Shown: one piece after another, positions 12,301 to 20,117 of the stretch
Numbering within the stretch: position 1 is the first letter of the stretch
Layout: every line of letters starts with the position of its first letter
Origin: Patescibacteria group bacterium
GTDB lineage: Bacteria; Patescibacteriota; Patescibacteriia; Magasanikbacterales; GWA2-37-8
Assembly: GCA_041649475.1 (NCBI GenBank)
Contig: JBAZNA010000001.1
Location: 328,612 to 392,611, forward strand
Reading direction: 5' to 3'
Length of the DNA: 64,000 bases
The notes under the pieces: generated by a model
Databases searched by the model: none
Seen by the model: the letters and a program-made list of their open reading frames with translations, nothing else
What the model was told of the DNA's origin: nothing
Translations under genes and position numbers: made by a program

Positions 12301-14036
12301 ATCCGGCCAATCCGCACAGTGTGGCCGCTCTCACCGCAGGGTCCCTTAGTAGTATTAATGTTTATAATAGTTTGGTTTTTGCGACTGATGCTTCCGGAGC
12401 AATACACATCATAGATGTTTCCGATCCCGCCATTCCCAAGAATCTTGAGGTGTATACCGGATTGGTACACGCGGGTTATGTGTCGCAAAACATTGCGGTT
12501 AGCGGCAATTATGCCTATGCGGTCCATAGTAGCGGTTTGACCATAGTTGATGTTTCAAAATATACAAATAATTGCCCGGCCAATTCTGATGTCACGAATT
12601 TAATTGTTTTGAATAGTCCGAACGCCAATTTACCGTGGTATGAAAAGATTTGGACAAATATTGTGCAATTTGTAAAATCATTATTCGGATTTACAGCCAC
12701 GGCCCAAAGCAATACCCCGACTAAATGGTGCGCCGGCCTTGATTTGGGCACGCCCGCCATGTTATCAAGCAGTACCATAATGGTGAAACTACAAGCGCCT
12801 TTGGCTTTAGACACCAGTTATGCCATCATTTTAAAGCATGGTCTCAAAGACACAAATGGCGTCAGTATTGATACCAGCACTAATTGGAGATTTGTAACCG
12901 CGCCTAAGATTTGTCAGGTCAGTGGTGTTAGTGTGACTCCAAATGCAGTGGCTTTTGGCAGTGTGGGGCAGACCAGCACCCTAGAGGCCAAGGCCCTGGC
13001 GGCGAGTGGCGGTGAAATACAAATTATACCCGGATATTATGCCTGGGAATATGTTTGGGGTCCCAGCAGTAATGCCTTTGTTACTTTGACAAACACCACC
13101 TCATCGCTCAATATGATTACTGCCCAAAATCGGAATGGTGAACTTGATGTTTGGGCTTCCGCTAATATAACTGACAATAAATACACCAGCCAGACCGGCC
13201 CGGCGGCAACCGGCAAGTCGCACGTGATTGTTTTCCTGTGTGAAAATCCCTGGCCGCCGAAGAATTTATATTATAATAATCAGGGGCCGTTTATGATTTT
13301 CCCTTATGAAGATAAATTGGGGAATAATGATAATTATAATTTAACGGCCGATAGTTTTGATAATACGGCTCTGCCGGCATCTCCGTTTGGCGGATACTTC
13401 AATTTTAGAACTTATTATTGCGCGGATAACGGCGCGCCCGGAACGGCCGATGATTTGCCTTATATGCGCGCGGCCGTACAGGTTTCACCGACGATTGTGA
13501 GCGACGCCACTGCTTTTAAACGTTTCATATTTACCAGCGCCAAAAACAATGACGCCATTGGTATTCAGGTCTTTCCCAATACCCAGCACTTAACGGTTGA
13601 ACAGTGGTTCCAATATGGCAAGACCTATGGCGGTCAGGGATTTGTCACCGGCGGAAATATGCAGCCAACCACCATAGACGGTTATGACGCGCTTTCCGAC
13701 GGCAATAATATTTACGTTGACGCGCTCAATTACGCTACGACATCGCCGGTTTCGGGGAATTTATATACCAATGTATATCTCTTTAGTATAAACGCCGATG
13801 CCCGGCCCGAAACCAGGAAGGTCTTTGAACAAATGATTAACAATTGGCATTTTAATATTAATCTAACTAATTACAGACGCTGTGGCGTGGATGTGGAGAG
13901 TCCCGGCGACACTTCTTGTCAGACCGACCTTGATTGTTCAGGTGGACAGATTTGTTCCGCGCAAATTGATAAATTAAAACGCAATTATCAAAGATTGCGG
14001 GATTTAAATGAAATTCAAAAAGCATTAGGGCAATAA
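6333..14036 (+). CDS. giant (2567 aa) secreted surface protein with pilin-like N-domain, 4x IPT/TIG, Myxococcus-type Cys-rich repeats and an LVIVD beta-propeller
   Basis: Signal peptide plus the same two-helix N-domain. Four TIG-like units ('RITGVSPGSGAVGTYVSISGEYFG', 'ITISGKNFGA', 'LTITGNNFGA', 'MKIYGEYFGG'). 'VCGNGFLGTGEDCD' and 'CGDKVLSPDEDPGCDG' repeats. Repeated 'VSGNYAYV..(L/I).V.D(V/I)S.P..P' blades at ~nt 11700 to 12600. Confidence 0.8.
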   Translation: MPAKFKKIFIILSAVAVIAGGLFWFAQISNAQQGPDLGLAQVSSTIGLPTTDIRVIVANIIRTALGLLGIVALVLVLYGGYTWMTAGGNEEKIAQAKKILVNAVIGLAIILSAYAITSFIISSLLGATTGTPAHCFDGIQNEGETAVDCGGGGCGPCTAPNNPYFTSGAFYITALPAGGQVCIRNVNPAITFNMDVDAASLAGSVVLLDNNNNEQAGVWSVVDGNTAKFTPVGACGAPDNGNDCLLASTNYTLHFKNGGAIKSADGRAINCLAGAKCTDVQFTTGDGIDRTPPTVKIENIADDKLVTGQVVPVKISYTDDNGVQKIDLKADNNYVGSGTVSGCQKTGSVTINWPTAGLSDGAHGLDAKGYDWSMQSAVDHYAAILKPPHCLNNILDGNEDQAGPLGCCAPEKNCGCGGCGGSSCTQDTDCASGYCKIPPGQTTGVCVDRMRITGVSPGSGAVGTYVSISGEYFGTARGQVYFTGASGWLVAPLADCGAGAWKPWQVIATVPQGAITGPIRLITADQQFVDVTNDNVVGPLIPDFVVNNLVRPGICSLDKTNGLPSDSITISGKNFGAVQLANSAVSFGQLQAFINVWGDTTIKTKVPMLSAGPAAVKVTKENIDSNSVAFFVGEGINSTTPTITSISPDHGAKGEYLTITGNNFGAEQGRVWFKVNNNGQPANDQDAINGSFDFPAGCKDNIWSDSKIIVKFPESAGQTGQTYFVQVRPSEIDKGWSPIGPTFKLETGNPAPGICGISPASGPVPFGTGADPMKIYGEYFGGSPDVYFWNTNADASTITGRIKAANPNISGSDLNVFPPNNTQTGPVVVFRSSDSKMSNSALFTVSNCVQNGNSCSQAGYHCCAAGPEAGMCKTDLCIDEKISAGYIWRFATQPIPKVPHLVERCDSQSDAGKNVPSPSPSVQWDTNDSGDHHNVCRTASIVLDFSVDNINPIPRGDILVSECESSTVNVASRTCTQLTPRPSFLGSGDYVVEHSTQSTNDLELDLSQDYNNNTGKWKDNTWYQVILSADISAGAGTALMHLAKDAPCDSAGITNTAYCFLFKTDAKDCKIKAVAITPYSYWASVLEAPIKYRSSPSDEGVDLVYSGHILSDQHCIWMNPGGLNWDWNVANPDPNQKKYADVFALKEDTVVHKTDALISALANTVGVGLANNSVDVEATVSTGTVSHTGSSPLKIDLNTPEVVDYWPKCNEACANAEVGAKFNTTMSDLNLDSGAVHLYKCLDENCAQTQPVVLPSVSFEKNSNPPYTLLEINNYGLNHVDLEPNTIYEVVLSASSSNPNSPDQLWSASSLLTDRDADGNVIVIGRSGTSKPYNKQFIWKFTTKQTSCAVDRTEVLPSVFTARQNNDRAVFNVQPYSAPDACSVKGQKLNPWSENWVWSSSDVNAATVATFSTQGYSPYCTSDCIRRGSTLPAGSDTVPLCGSGGNPQAGQDCVFPDKNNNCSLNCLFINKTNTGSAQSAGATSVSSSVCGNGFLGTGEDCDIGIPANPLSPTSSMYCSNKCLHLGAPLASSWCNTHFTDYAGLGFTKTEFEAACAKAISVCGDKVLSPDEDPGCDGSGGWDQNLCNRICLLKSNNAPTDNAPANSCSNGGCNLDNKHAGSSLLYSTPSVCGDKAVGIGEDVSCENNNFITTDHVGKTDPWALVLGKGLSTNVGGTPPAQSSTISATANVSGKNIAGQGQFVIPCGYKTDAECKNALGDDYGLGANSCCYKKPVLTKVYPGTTSTPIAQNVCPNTVIEAQFSNSIDAKSLPGNLLIARGIGENFSTNLNIDSTVGLSGSSHVFVSGNYAYVANSLNGLNVINISDSKHPLPIWTPLNTANYADVYVIGKYAYIVDQGANSLKIFDISSSTNPTVVGSVDLVNITNPNRIVVSGKFAYVISANGGNIINVANPAGPTFSTKLSISPRQIQPAGNNIALLDNNNFTIMDFSDPANPRTIGSVQVNDAQDFKVSGNYAFLAGTGGLQILDISNPANPHSVAALTAGSLSSINVYNSLVFATDASGAIHIIDVSDPAIPKNLEVYTGLVHAGYVSQNIAVSGNYAYAVHSSGLTIVDVSKYTNNCPANSDVTNLIVLNSPNANLPWYEKIWTNIVQFVKSLFGFTATAQSNTPTKWCAGLDLGTPAMLSSSTIMVKLQAPLALDTSYAIILKHGLKDTNGVSIDTSTNWRFVTAPKICQVSGVSVTPNAVAFGSVGQTSTLEAKALAASGGEIQIIPGYYAWEYVWGPSSNAFVTLTNTTSSLNMITAQNRNGELDVWASANITDNKYTSQTGPAATGKSHVIVFLCENPWPPKNLYYNNQGPFMIFPYEDKLGNNDNYNLTADSFDNTALPASPFGGYFNFRTYYCADNGAPGTADDLPYMRAAVQVSPTIVSDATAFKRFIFTSAKNNDAIGIQVFPNTQHLTVEQWFQYGKTYGGQGFVTGGNMQPTTIDGYDALSDGNNIYVDALNYATTSPVSGNLYTNVYLFSINADARPETRKVFEQMINNWHFNINLTNYRRCGVDVESPGDTSCQTDLDCSGGQICSAQIDKLKRNYQRLRDLNEIQKALGQ

Positions 14037-14040
14037 TTGT

Positions 14041-17000
14041 ATGCGTAAAAAAGCAAGTTTGATTATAATGTTTCTGTTCATGGTGCCGCTTATAAAAGAA
14101 GGATCATTTTTAAGCGGACAGAGTTTGAGCGTTTGGCCGTCCTGGTCTGTTTTAGGCAACGCGGTTGGCGTAGCTTTACCGGTTGATCCGATTAATAAAC
14201 TGGCGCCGGCCGGCACCTGCGCTTCTTCAACCAATCATTTCTGCGTAAAGAACACTGATTGCCCGGCTATGATCGGCACAACCACGCCGGAGAGTTGTAT
14301 TTTGCACGATCCGGCCACTGGCTGGAGCACTGTTAATCGTCGGTTTAGCTTCGCTTGCTCCACTTCTTCTTATGCTTACAGATATATTGACATCTCCACC
14401 ACCACCTACAAAATTTTAGCGCATTTTGAAGATCCTTTTGGTAACAGCAACGCGATTGCCAATTGGAATGATAATTTTGTATATAAATTTGTCAGCACCA
14501 CTGAATCGCCAAATCATAGTTATATTGTAATAAGCCAGCAGTATGGCATATGCAATAATGATCAGGAGATATCAACCCTTCAGCAGGGTTCTTGCGGTGA
14601 CAAGGTCTTGAATCCGAACGAGCAGTGCGACCCGCCGGGAAGCATGAGATATAGCGCTTGTTCGCCGGACGCGATTCATCCTAACCAAATCAGAGTTGAT
14701 AAATGCGGCACGGACTGTAAGTGGTCAGTTGCGCCAACCTATATATTATGTTCGGCTTTAAGCAAATGCGGCAATGGCATTATAGAATCAGGAGAACAAT
14801 GTGATGATGGCCGGTTAAACGGAACCTATAATCATTGCAATACAAGTTGTACGGGAAAAGTTGCCCCTTATAGTTCACATAACCCAAACGGATCCCCGGG
14901 TTATTGCGGTGATGGCGTTTCGCCAAACTATATAGTAAATCCAAAATATGAGGTCTGTGATAAGGGCGGAGTTGATTTTTGGGCGTTGCAAAGAGCGAAT
15001 TCCTGCAGTTGGAACTGCCAAGGGTATGGGCCTTATTGCGGCGATGGTGTTAAAAACGGTTCGGAAGAATGCGACGGTAACCAGCCATGTACGGCAAGCG
15101 GAAAAAATGGAACGATAGTGTGCGATAACACCTGTCATATAGTTTATCCGACCCAACAACCGGCCGTGGCAAATGATTTTGCCTTGTGGACTTTTGATAA
15201 CACAGACATGAATGGATCCACAATTATAGATAAAAGCGGAAACGGTCAGGATGCGATGGCTTATGGCACCTATTCAATTGTAAACGGCCATTCCGGACAG
15301 GCCATACAATTTGATGGACAAACAGCATTTGTTTCCAGCACCGTTATGAATTTTTATAAATATTTTTCAGCTGATTTTTGGATGAAGATCAACCAAACGG
15401 ATAATAATTGGCGAATGATTATGGCTGAAAATAATTGGAACGCGGGTCTGGGTTGGATGATGTATACAAGTCAGGGTTCTGCTAGCGGCAAAGCCAATTT
15501 TACCTATATGCGGTCTGGATATTCCGGAGTTGCCGTTGCTGATGCGTTTGATGTTGGTGTTTGGCAGCATGTTAAGGTTGTAAACAACAATGGCTCCGCA
15601 AAGGTGTATGTTAATGATATTTTAAAAGGCAGCGGTGCGGTTAGTATAAGCAATGCCGGTAATAACCTGCTTGTGGGAGCCGGCCATAATAATGATGGAA
15701 CCGGTGCTTCAGGTTATTTTAATGGAATAATAGACGAAGTTCATATAGCTAATAGTTCCACTACGCCACTGCTCCAATCATGCACTGTCGCGGTCAGTCA
15801 AGAGCCCACCAGTACTCCCGGGGCCTGTGGTGATGGACACGTAGATGCCAGTGAGGCCTGTGACAAGGGAGCGAATAATGGTAAGCCCTGTACGCCCGGA
15901 TACGATAAGGCCTGTTCTTACTGTTCGGCCGATTGCCAGAATGTGATTGATGTCCAGCCCACTGCTTATTGCGGCAATGGCCTGATAGAAGGAACAGAAG
16001 TTTGCGACACTGATCCTGGTAATGGAGATATTTATGTTTCCAGCACGGTATTTTGTACGCCGACAAATGAAGGCGGTCATGGCGGCGGTTTGACCTGCAA
16101 TTATCCTGATATTCTTAAATATACCTTTCAAAATCCGGTAACCGGACACGGTGGGCTCAAAGTTGTGAAGGATTGTGAAAGCGAAACTGCAAATGCGAAC
16201 ACCGTTAAAAAAGGTATTAAGGCCTGTGTTAATAATTGTAAAGCGGTGAAATTGACGACTGGAGAGGATCAATGCATAGCCTGCGGTTTAGATCCGGTAA
16301 ATGGCGTTGAAGTGGGTGGTTATGTGCTTAATGCGATTGATCCACTTTCAGGAAATCCGCTGATGGGAGTCGGTGGGCATACTGGTAGCCAGACCAAACT
16401 GGAGCTTTATTTGGGAACAAAGAAAGATTTTTCCTTCTCTCCCATTACTGCTACTAAAGTTACCGGCTATTGCGCGGCCAATACGTTCTATAAAAATTAT
16501 TCATTTTCAAGTTCCGTTCATCCTGACGCTTGTAATAACACCAGAGGGCTGTTAAATCCAAATCCGATTTGTTCCACCGGAAAAACCAGTTATAAGCTGA
16601 TTGTTAATGATGGTACTACTCATGTTTTTCCATTTTCAGTTATATCTGATCCGCTTGAAAAACAACCTTGGAGAAATGACTTACTGTTATCGCCGATGAT
16701 ACCACAACCCAGTCATATCAGGGTGGTGGTCAGCTGGGTCGGCGACGGAGAATTTTATAGCGGATTTTTAGACCCAGCCCAAACCAGCGATCCGATTATT
16801 GAGGGGTCTAAGTTTGTGACCGGCGATTATGTTGACCAGACTGTGGTTTACAATTATTCCACAGGTAAGGATTATTATACCCAAACTGATTCGGATCATA
16901 AAAAATTAGGTATTTGGTATCATGGCTTTGGCGATACTCCTAATTTGTTAAAAGAGGAGTCGTTTACAGTTGATACTGCAAATATGGATTCCGGTAATTA

Positions 17001-17841
17001 TGTTTTTTATGTCAGATCCGGAGGTCCGATTAAGCCATATCAGGTTTCGGCAAATTTGAAAGTGGAGGTTTATTTGCCGGAAGGTGATACTAATTATCGC
17101 CATTTCGGTTTGCCGGCGGCAACTTATTATTTAAGCGGCGCCTTGCCGTCTGATAGTCCGGCCGCGAGTTATTGGCAGGTCTTTAATATCGTTGATTCAA
17201 ACGGCACCGTGACCTTAGCGGATAATATCCTGGACGTTAATTCAATTGTTTCTGCCCCAAGATACTTTATTTATTCAACTTCTTGTATTGGCCGGGCCGG
17301 AAGATTATGCCGGGCATCGGCCGGACCTTGCGACACTGCCGAATATTGTGTGGCCGGAAATGATGTTTGTCCGGAAGATTCTTTTAGATCGGCCACGGCT
17401 TATTGTTATGACAATCTGGCTAGCAAACCGTGTTACAGCGGGGCCACCTGCAGTGGTTATTCTGCAGATTGTCCGCAAAGCACATATAAAGCGGCTGGTT
17501 TAACATGCACGGGCTTTGTGGTTGACAGTGAATGTGAGAATCCAGCAACCTGCAATGGAACCTCTTATGAATGTACCGGTAGTTTAACCTTAAAACCAGA
17601 CGGCACCTCATGCGGAAATGTGTGTAATAACAATGTTTGTCAGGGCGGATCCTGCAGAGCTGGCACCCCGACCAACTGTGCCAGCAGTAACCCCTGTAAA
17701 AATCCGGTTTGTGATCCTCTGATTGGTTGTACCTATAAACCAATAGGATCTCCTTGCAGTACTACTTCAGGTTCCGGTACTTGTCAGTTTCATTTGGGAG
17801 GTGGAGATCAGATTACATGTAAATATACCATCATCTACTAA
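14041..17841 (+). CDS. secreted 1266 aa Cys-rich protein with Myxococcus-type CGDG/ECD repeats, a LamG_3/concanavalin-like lectin domain and a Cys-rich C-terminal module
   Basis: Signal peptide. Repeats 'YCGDGVKNGSEECDGN', 'KCGNGIIESGEQCDDGRLNG', 'ACGDGHVDASEACDKG' and 'YCGNGLIEGTEVCDTD'. LamG_3-like region ending 'GIIDEVHIANSSTTP' (compare 'DEVRIYNRALS'). C-terminal ~200 aa with more than 30 Cys. Confidence 0.75.
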   Translation: MRKKASLIIMFLFMVPLIKEGSFLSGQSLSVWPSWSVLGNAVGVALPVDPINKLAPAGTCASSTNHFCVKNTDCPAMIGTTTPESCILHDPATGWSTVNRRFSFACSTSSYAYRYIDISTTTYKILAHFEDPFGNSNAIANWNDNFVYKFVSTTESPNHSYIVISQQYGICNNDQEISTLQQGSCGDKVLNPNEQCDPPGSMRYSACSPDAIHPNQIRVDKCGTDCKWSVAPTYILCSALSKCGNGIIESGEQCDDGRLNGTYNHCNTSCTGKVAPYSSHNPNGSPGYCGDGVSPNYIVNPKYEVCDKGGVDFWALQRANSCSWNCQGYGPYCGDGVKNGSEECDGNQPCTASGKNGTIVCDNTCHIVYPTQQPAVANDFALWTFDNTDMNGSTIIDKSGNGQDAMAYGTYSIVNGHSGQAIQFDGQTAFVSSTVMNFYKYFSADFWMKINQTDNNWRMIMAENNWNAGLGWMMYTSQGSASGKANFTYMRSGYSGVAVADAFDVGVWQHVKVVNNNGSAKVYVNDILKGSGAVSISNAGNNLLVGAGHNNDGTGASGYFNGIIDEVHIANSSTTPLLQSCTVAVSQEPTSTPGACGDGHVDASEACDKGANNGKPCTPGYDKACSYCSADCQNVIDVQPTAYCGNGLIEGTEVCDTDPGNGDIYVSSTVFCTPTNEGGHGGGLTCNYPDILKYTFQNPVTGHGGLKVVKDCESETANANTVKKGIKACVNNCKAVKLTTGEDQCIACGLDPVNGVEVGGYVLNAIDPLSGNPLMGVGGHTGSQTKLELYLGTKKDFSFSPITATKVTGYCAANTFYKNYSFSSSVHPDACNNTRGLLNPNPICSTGKTSYKLIVNDGTTHVFPFSVISDPLEKQPWRNDLLLSPMIPQPSHIRVVVSWVGDGEFYSGFLDPAQTSDPIIEGSKFVTGDYVDQTVVYNYSTGKDYYTQTDSDHKKLGIWYHGFGDTPNLLKEESFTVDTANMDSGNYVFYVRSGGPIKPYQVSANLKVEVYLPEGDTNYRHFGLPAATYYLSGALPSDSPAASYWQVFNIVDSNGTVTLADNILDVNSIVSAPRYFIYSTSCIGRAGRLCRASAGPCDTAEYCVAGNDVCPEDSFRSATAYCYDNLASKPCYSGATCSGYSADCPQSTYKAAGLTCTGFVVDSECENPATCNGTSYECTGSLTLKPDGTSCGNVCNNNVCQGGSCRAGTPTNCASSNPCKNPVCDPLIGCTYKPIGSPCSTTSGSGTCQFHLGGGDQITCKYTIIY

Positions 17842-17842
17842 T

Positions 17843-18241
17843 ATGAAAAAAATAATTATAATTATATTGGTTGTTTTGCTGGCGGGAGTTGGTATATTTG
17901 TATATTTGCGGATAAAAAGTAATAAAACCAGCCAGACCAATCCGCAGGATATTAAAAGAGCGGAATTTTTACAAAAACAAACCCAGTTTAACAATTCAAT
18001 CCAGACCATCGTTCAAACCGATAGTGATGCCGACGGCTTGTCAAATACGGATGAGGCCAAATACAAGACGGACCCAAACAACGCGGACACAGACGGGGAC
18101 GGTCTGACTGATAAAATTGAAATTTCGGTTTATCATACTGATCCGCTTAAAGCCGATACCGACGGAGATGGTTTTCCGGATGGTAAAGAAGTCAGATACC
18201 GCACCAATCCGCTTGATGTTAAAAGTCATCCAACTAAATAA
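17843..18241 (+). CDS. membrane-anchored protein with thrombospondin-type-3-like calcium-binding DxDxDG repeats (paralog 1; start trimmed from 17801 to the ATG at 17843, 1 nt after the upstream stop)
   Basis: 'MKKIIIIILVVLLAGVGIFVYL' anchor, then 'DSDADGLSNTDE...DTDGDGLTDKIE...DTDGDGFPDGKEV'. Confidence 0.65.
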   Translation: MKKIIIIILVVLLAGVGIFVYLRIKSNKTSQTNPQDIKRAEFLQKQTQFNNSIQTIVQTDSDADGLSNTDEAKYKTDPNNADTDGDGLTDKIEISVYHTDPLKADTDGDGFPDGKEVRYRTNPLDVKSHPTK

Positions 18242-18256
18242 TTTAAATATACCTTT

Positions 18257-19006
18257 ATGTTTGAAGACCAAAACCCACAAGCCAACCCGCCAAAAAATCT
18301 GCCGACCGAGCCGGTGGATATGTTTGCCGGTGTGGAAAAAAACACCGAGCCCGCGATTCCCGATGCCTTGTCGGCCGGGTTGCTTAAGAAAAAAGATTCA
18401 AGAATCCAAACTCCTCCGGATCTAAACACCTTAACGGCCCAAACCCAGACCTATAAGATCAGCGAACCGATCTTTGGCAAGGTTGCTTACGCTTTAATCA
18501 TCGCGGCCATTGTGGTTGGTTTGGCCGGTGGGGGCTGGTTTGTTTATGCCAAATATTTTAGGGCGACAAACACTATTATTCAAACTCAGGTTCAAACCCA
18601 GACACCTTTACCAGAACCTCCACAAACTACAGAACCGACACCCTCCGCTCAAGTCAATGAAACTGCGGCTACCCCCAGCGTCACTGCCACCAGTAATATT
18701 TCCAATGATGTTCAAAATGATAATATACTTTTTGGAAATACAGTAGATAGCGATAAAGACGGATTAAGCGACGCGCGCGAAACACAAATCGGCACTGATC
18801 CGCAAAATCCCGATACTGACAGCGACGGGCTGTCAGACGGCGATGAGGTTTTGATTTGGCATACTGATCCGCTCAAAGCCGACACCGACGGCGATAGTTT
18901 TCCGGATGGCCAGGAGGTGCGGAGCGGTTATGATCCGCTCGGACCGGGAAAATTATTTAGTGTTCCAACCCCGACAACCTCACCGGTGTCAACAAGCTCA
19001 AAGTAA
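18257..19006 (+). CDS. membrane-anchored TSP3-like calcium-binding repeat protein (paralog 2)
   Basis: TM 'IIAAIVVGLAGGGWFVYAKYF', a Thr/Pro/Gln-rich linker, then 'DSDKDGLSDARE...DTDSDGLSDGDEV...DTDGDSFPDGQEV'. Confidence 0.65.
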   Translation: MFEDQNPQANPPKNLPTEPVDMFAGVEKNTEPAIPDALSAGLLKKKDSRIQTPPDLNTLTAQTQTYKISEPIFGKVAYALIIAAIVVGLAGGGWFVYAKYFRATNTIIQTQVQTQTPLPEPPQTTEPTPSAQVNETAATPSVTATSNISNDVQNDNILFGNTVDSDKDGLSDARETQIGTDPQNPDTDSDGLSDGDEVLIWHTDPLKADTDGDSFPDGQEVRSGYDPLGPGKLFSVPTPTTSPVSTSSK

Positions 19007-19016
19007 ACGTTAATAT

Positions 19017-20117
19017 ATGTTTGCACAAAAAAAACAGGCGCCCGCCGAAACTGAAGAACAATTAGTACGGGTTCAAACCATCCCGAATGATTTTTATGGG
19101 GGAGTGAACCCGGTGGTTAAGTTTAAAAGAGTTGAAAAAGAGGTGGTGCTCCAACCAAAATTGTCTCCGACTGAAAAGGGCTTACTTGATAAAGCCACCG
19201 CGGTCGGCGGTTCCGAGGCCTTGCATCCGGTTAATTTGGTTTCTAACCGGAAGTACTTGCTGATCGGCGGAGCAGCGCTGTTTGTTTTGTTTATTGCCGG
19301 CGCCAGCTGGTATTATATTCGGCAAGCATATCCGAATAAACCGGTTACACCCGCACCCGTGCCCATAACAAATAATCCGGTGGAAACCGTTCCGGTGGTT
19401 GCGGAAACTTCAACCGAAACGAGCGTTGTTACCCCTGAACCCACCTCCACCGTTCCACAATTTTCAGCCGAAGCGCCGATTGAGTTTCCTTCAAAGCTTC
19501 TTGTTGAAAGCGTGGATACTGATCAAGACGGGTTAACCGATGTGGCCGAGGAGGTTTTTAGAACCGACCCAAATATACCGGATACTGATAATGACAGTTA
19601 TAATGACGGCTTAGAGGTTTATAATTTATACAATCCAAACGGCATCGCGCCGGTACGGCTCATTGATTCCGGATACGTGAAGGATTTTGTCAACCCGACT
19701 TTTGGCTACGAGTTATATTATCCGGCCGATTGGGCCGCCGGTAATGTGGATGGCAGTTATAGGGACATGCTTTTTAGTACTTTGGGCGGAGAAAATATTG
19801 AGGTTAGAGTTTTTGACCATGATCCGGCCCTAAGTTTTGCTGACTGGTTCGGACAGTGGGCCCCTGACCAAAATTATGGCGATCTGACTACTTTTGGCGG
19901 TTATTTTAAAGATCAGGGCATGGCCAGAAGCGATCATCTGGTTTACTATTTTTATGATGCCAACCACGCGTATGTAATTGTCTATCACACCACCGATTCA
20001 ATGACGGCTAATTATAAGTCAATCATTACAATGATAGCCAGAAGTATGAGATTACCCGCTACCGAGCCAACTCCAACCGAAGCTACTACCACTGAAGCTA
20101 CTACCACCGCCCTATGA
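19017..20117 (+). CDS. membrane-anchored TSP3-like repeat protein with an extra C-terminal domain (paralog 3)
   Basis: TM 'LLIGGAALFVLFIAGASWYYI', 'DTDQDGLTDVAEE...DTDNDSYNDGLEV', a ~150 aa C-terminal domain of unknown function, and an 'ATTTEATTTAL' tail. Confidence 0.6.
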   Translation: MFAQKKQAPAETEEQLVRVQTIPNDFYGGVNPVVKFKRVEKEVVLQPKLSPTEKGLLDKATAVGGSEALHPVNLVSNRKYLLIGGAALFVLFIAGASWYYIRQAYPNKPVTPAPVPITNNPVETVPVVAETSTETSVVTPEPTSTVPQFSAEAPIEFPSKLLVESVDTDQDGLTDVAEEVFRTDPNIPDTDNDSYNDGLEVYNLYNPNGIAPVRLIDSGYVKDFVNPTFGYELYYPADWAAGNVDGSYRDMLFSTLGGENIEVRVFDHDPALSFADWFGQWAPDQNYGDLTTFGGYFKDQGMARSDHLVYYFYDANHAYVIVYHTTDSMTANYKSIITMIARSMRLPATEPTPTEATTTEATTTAL

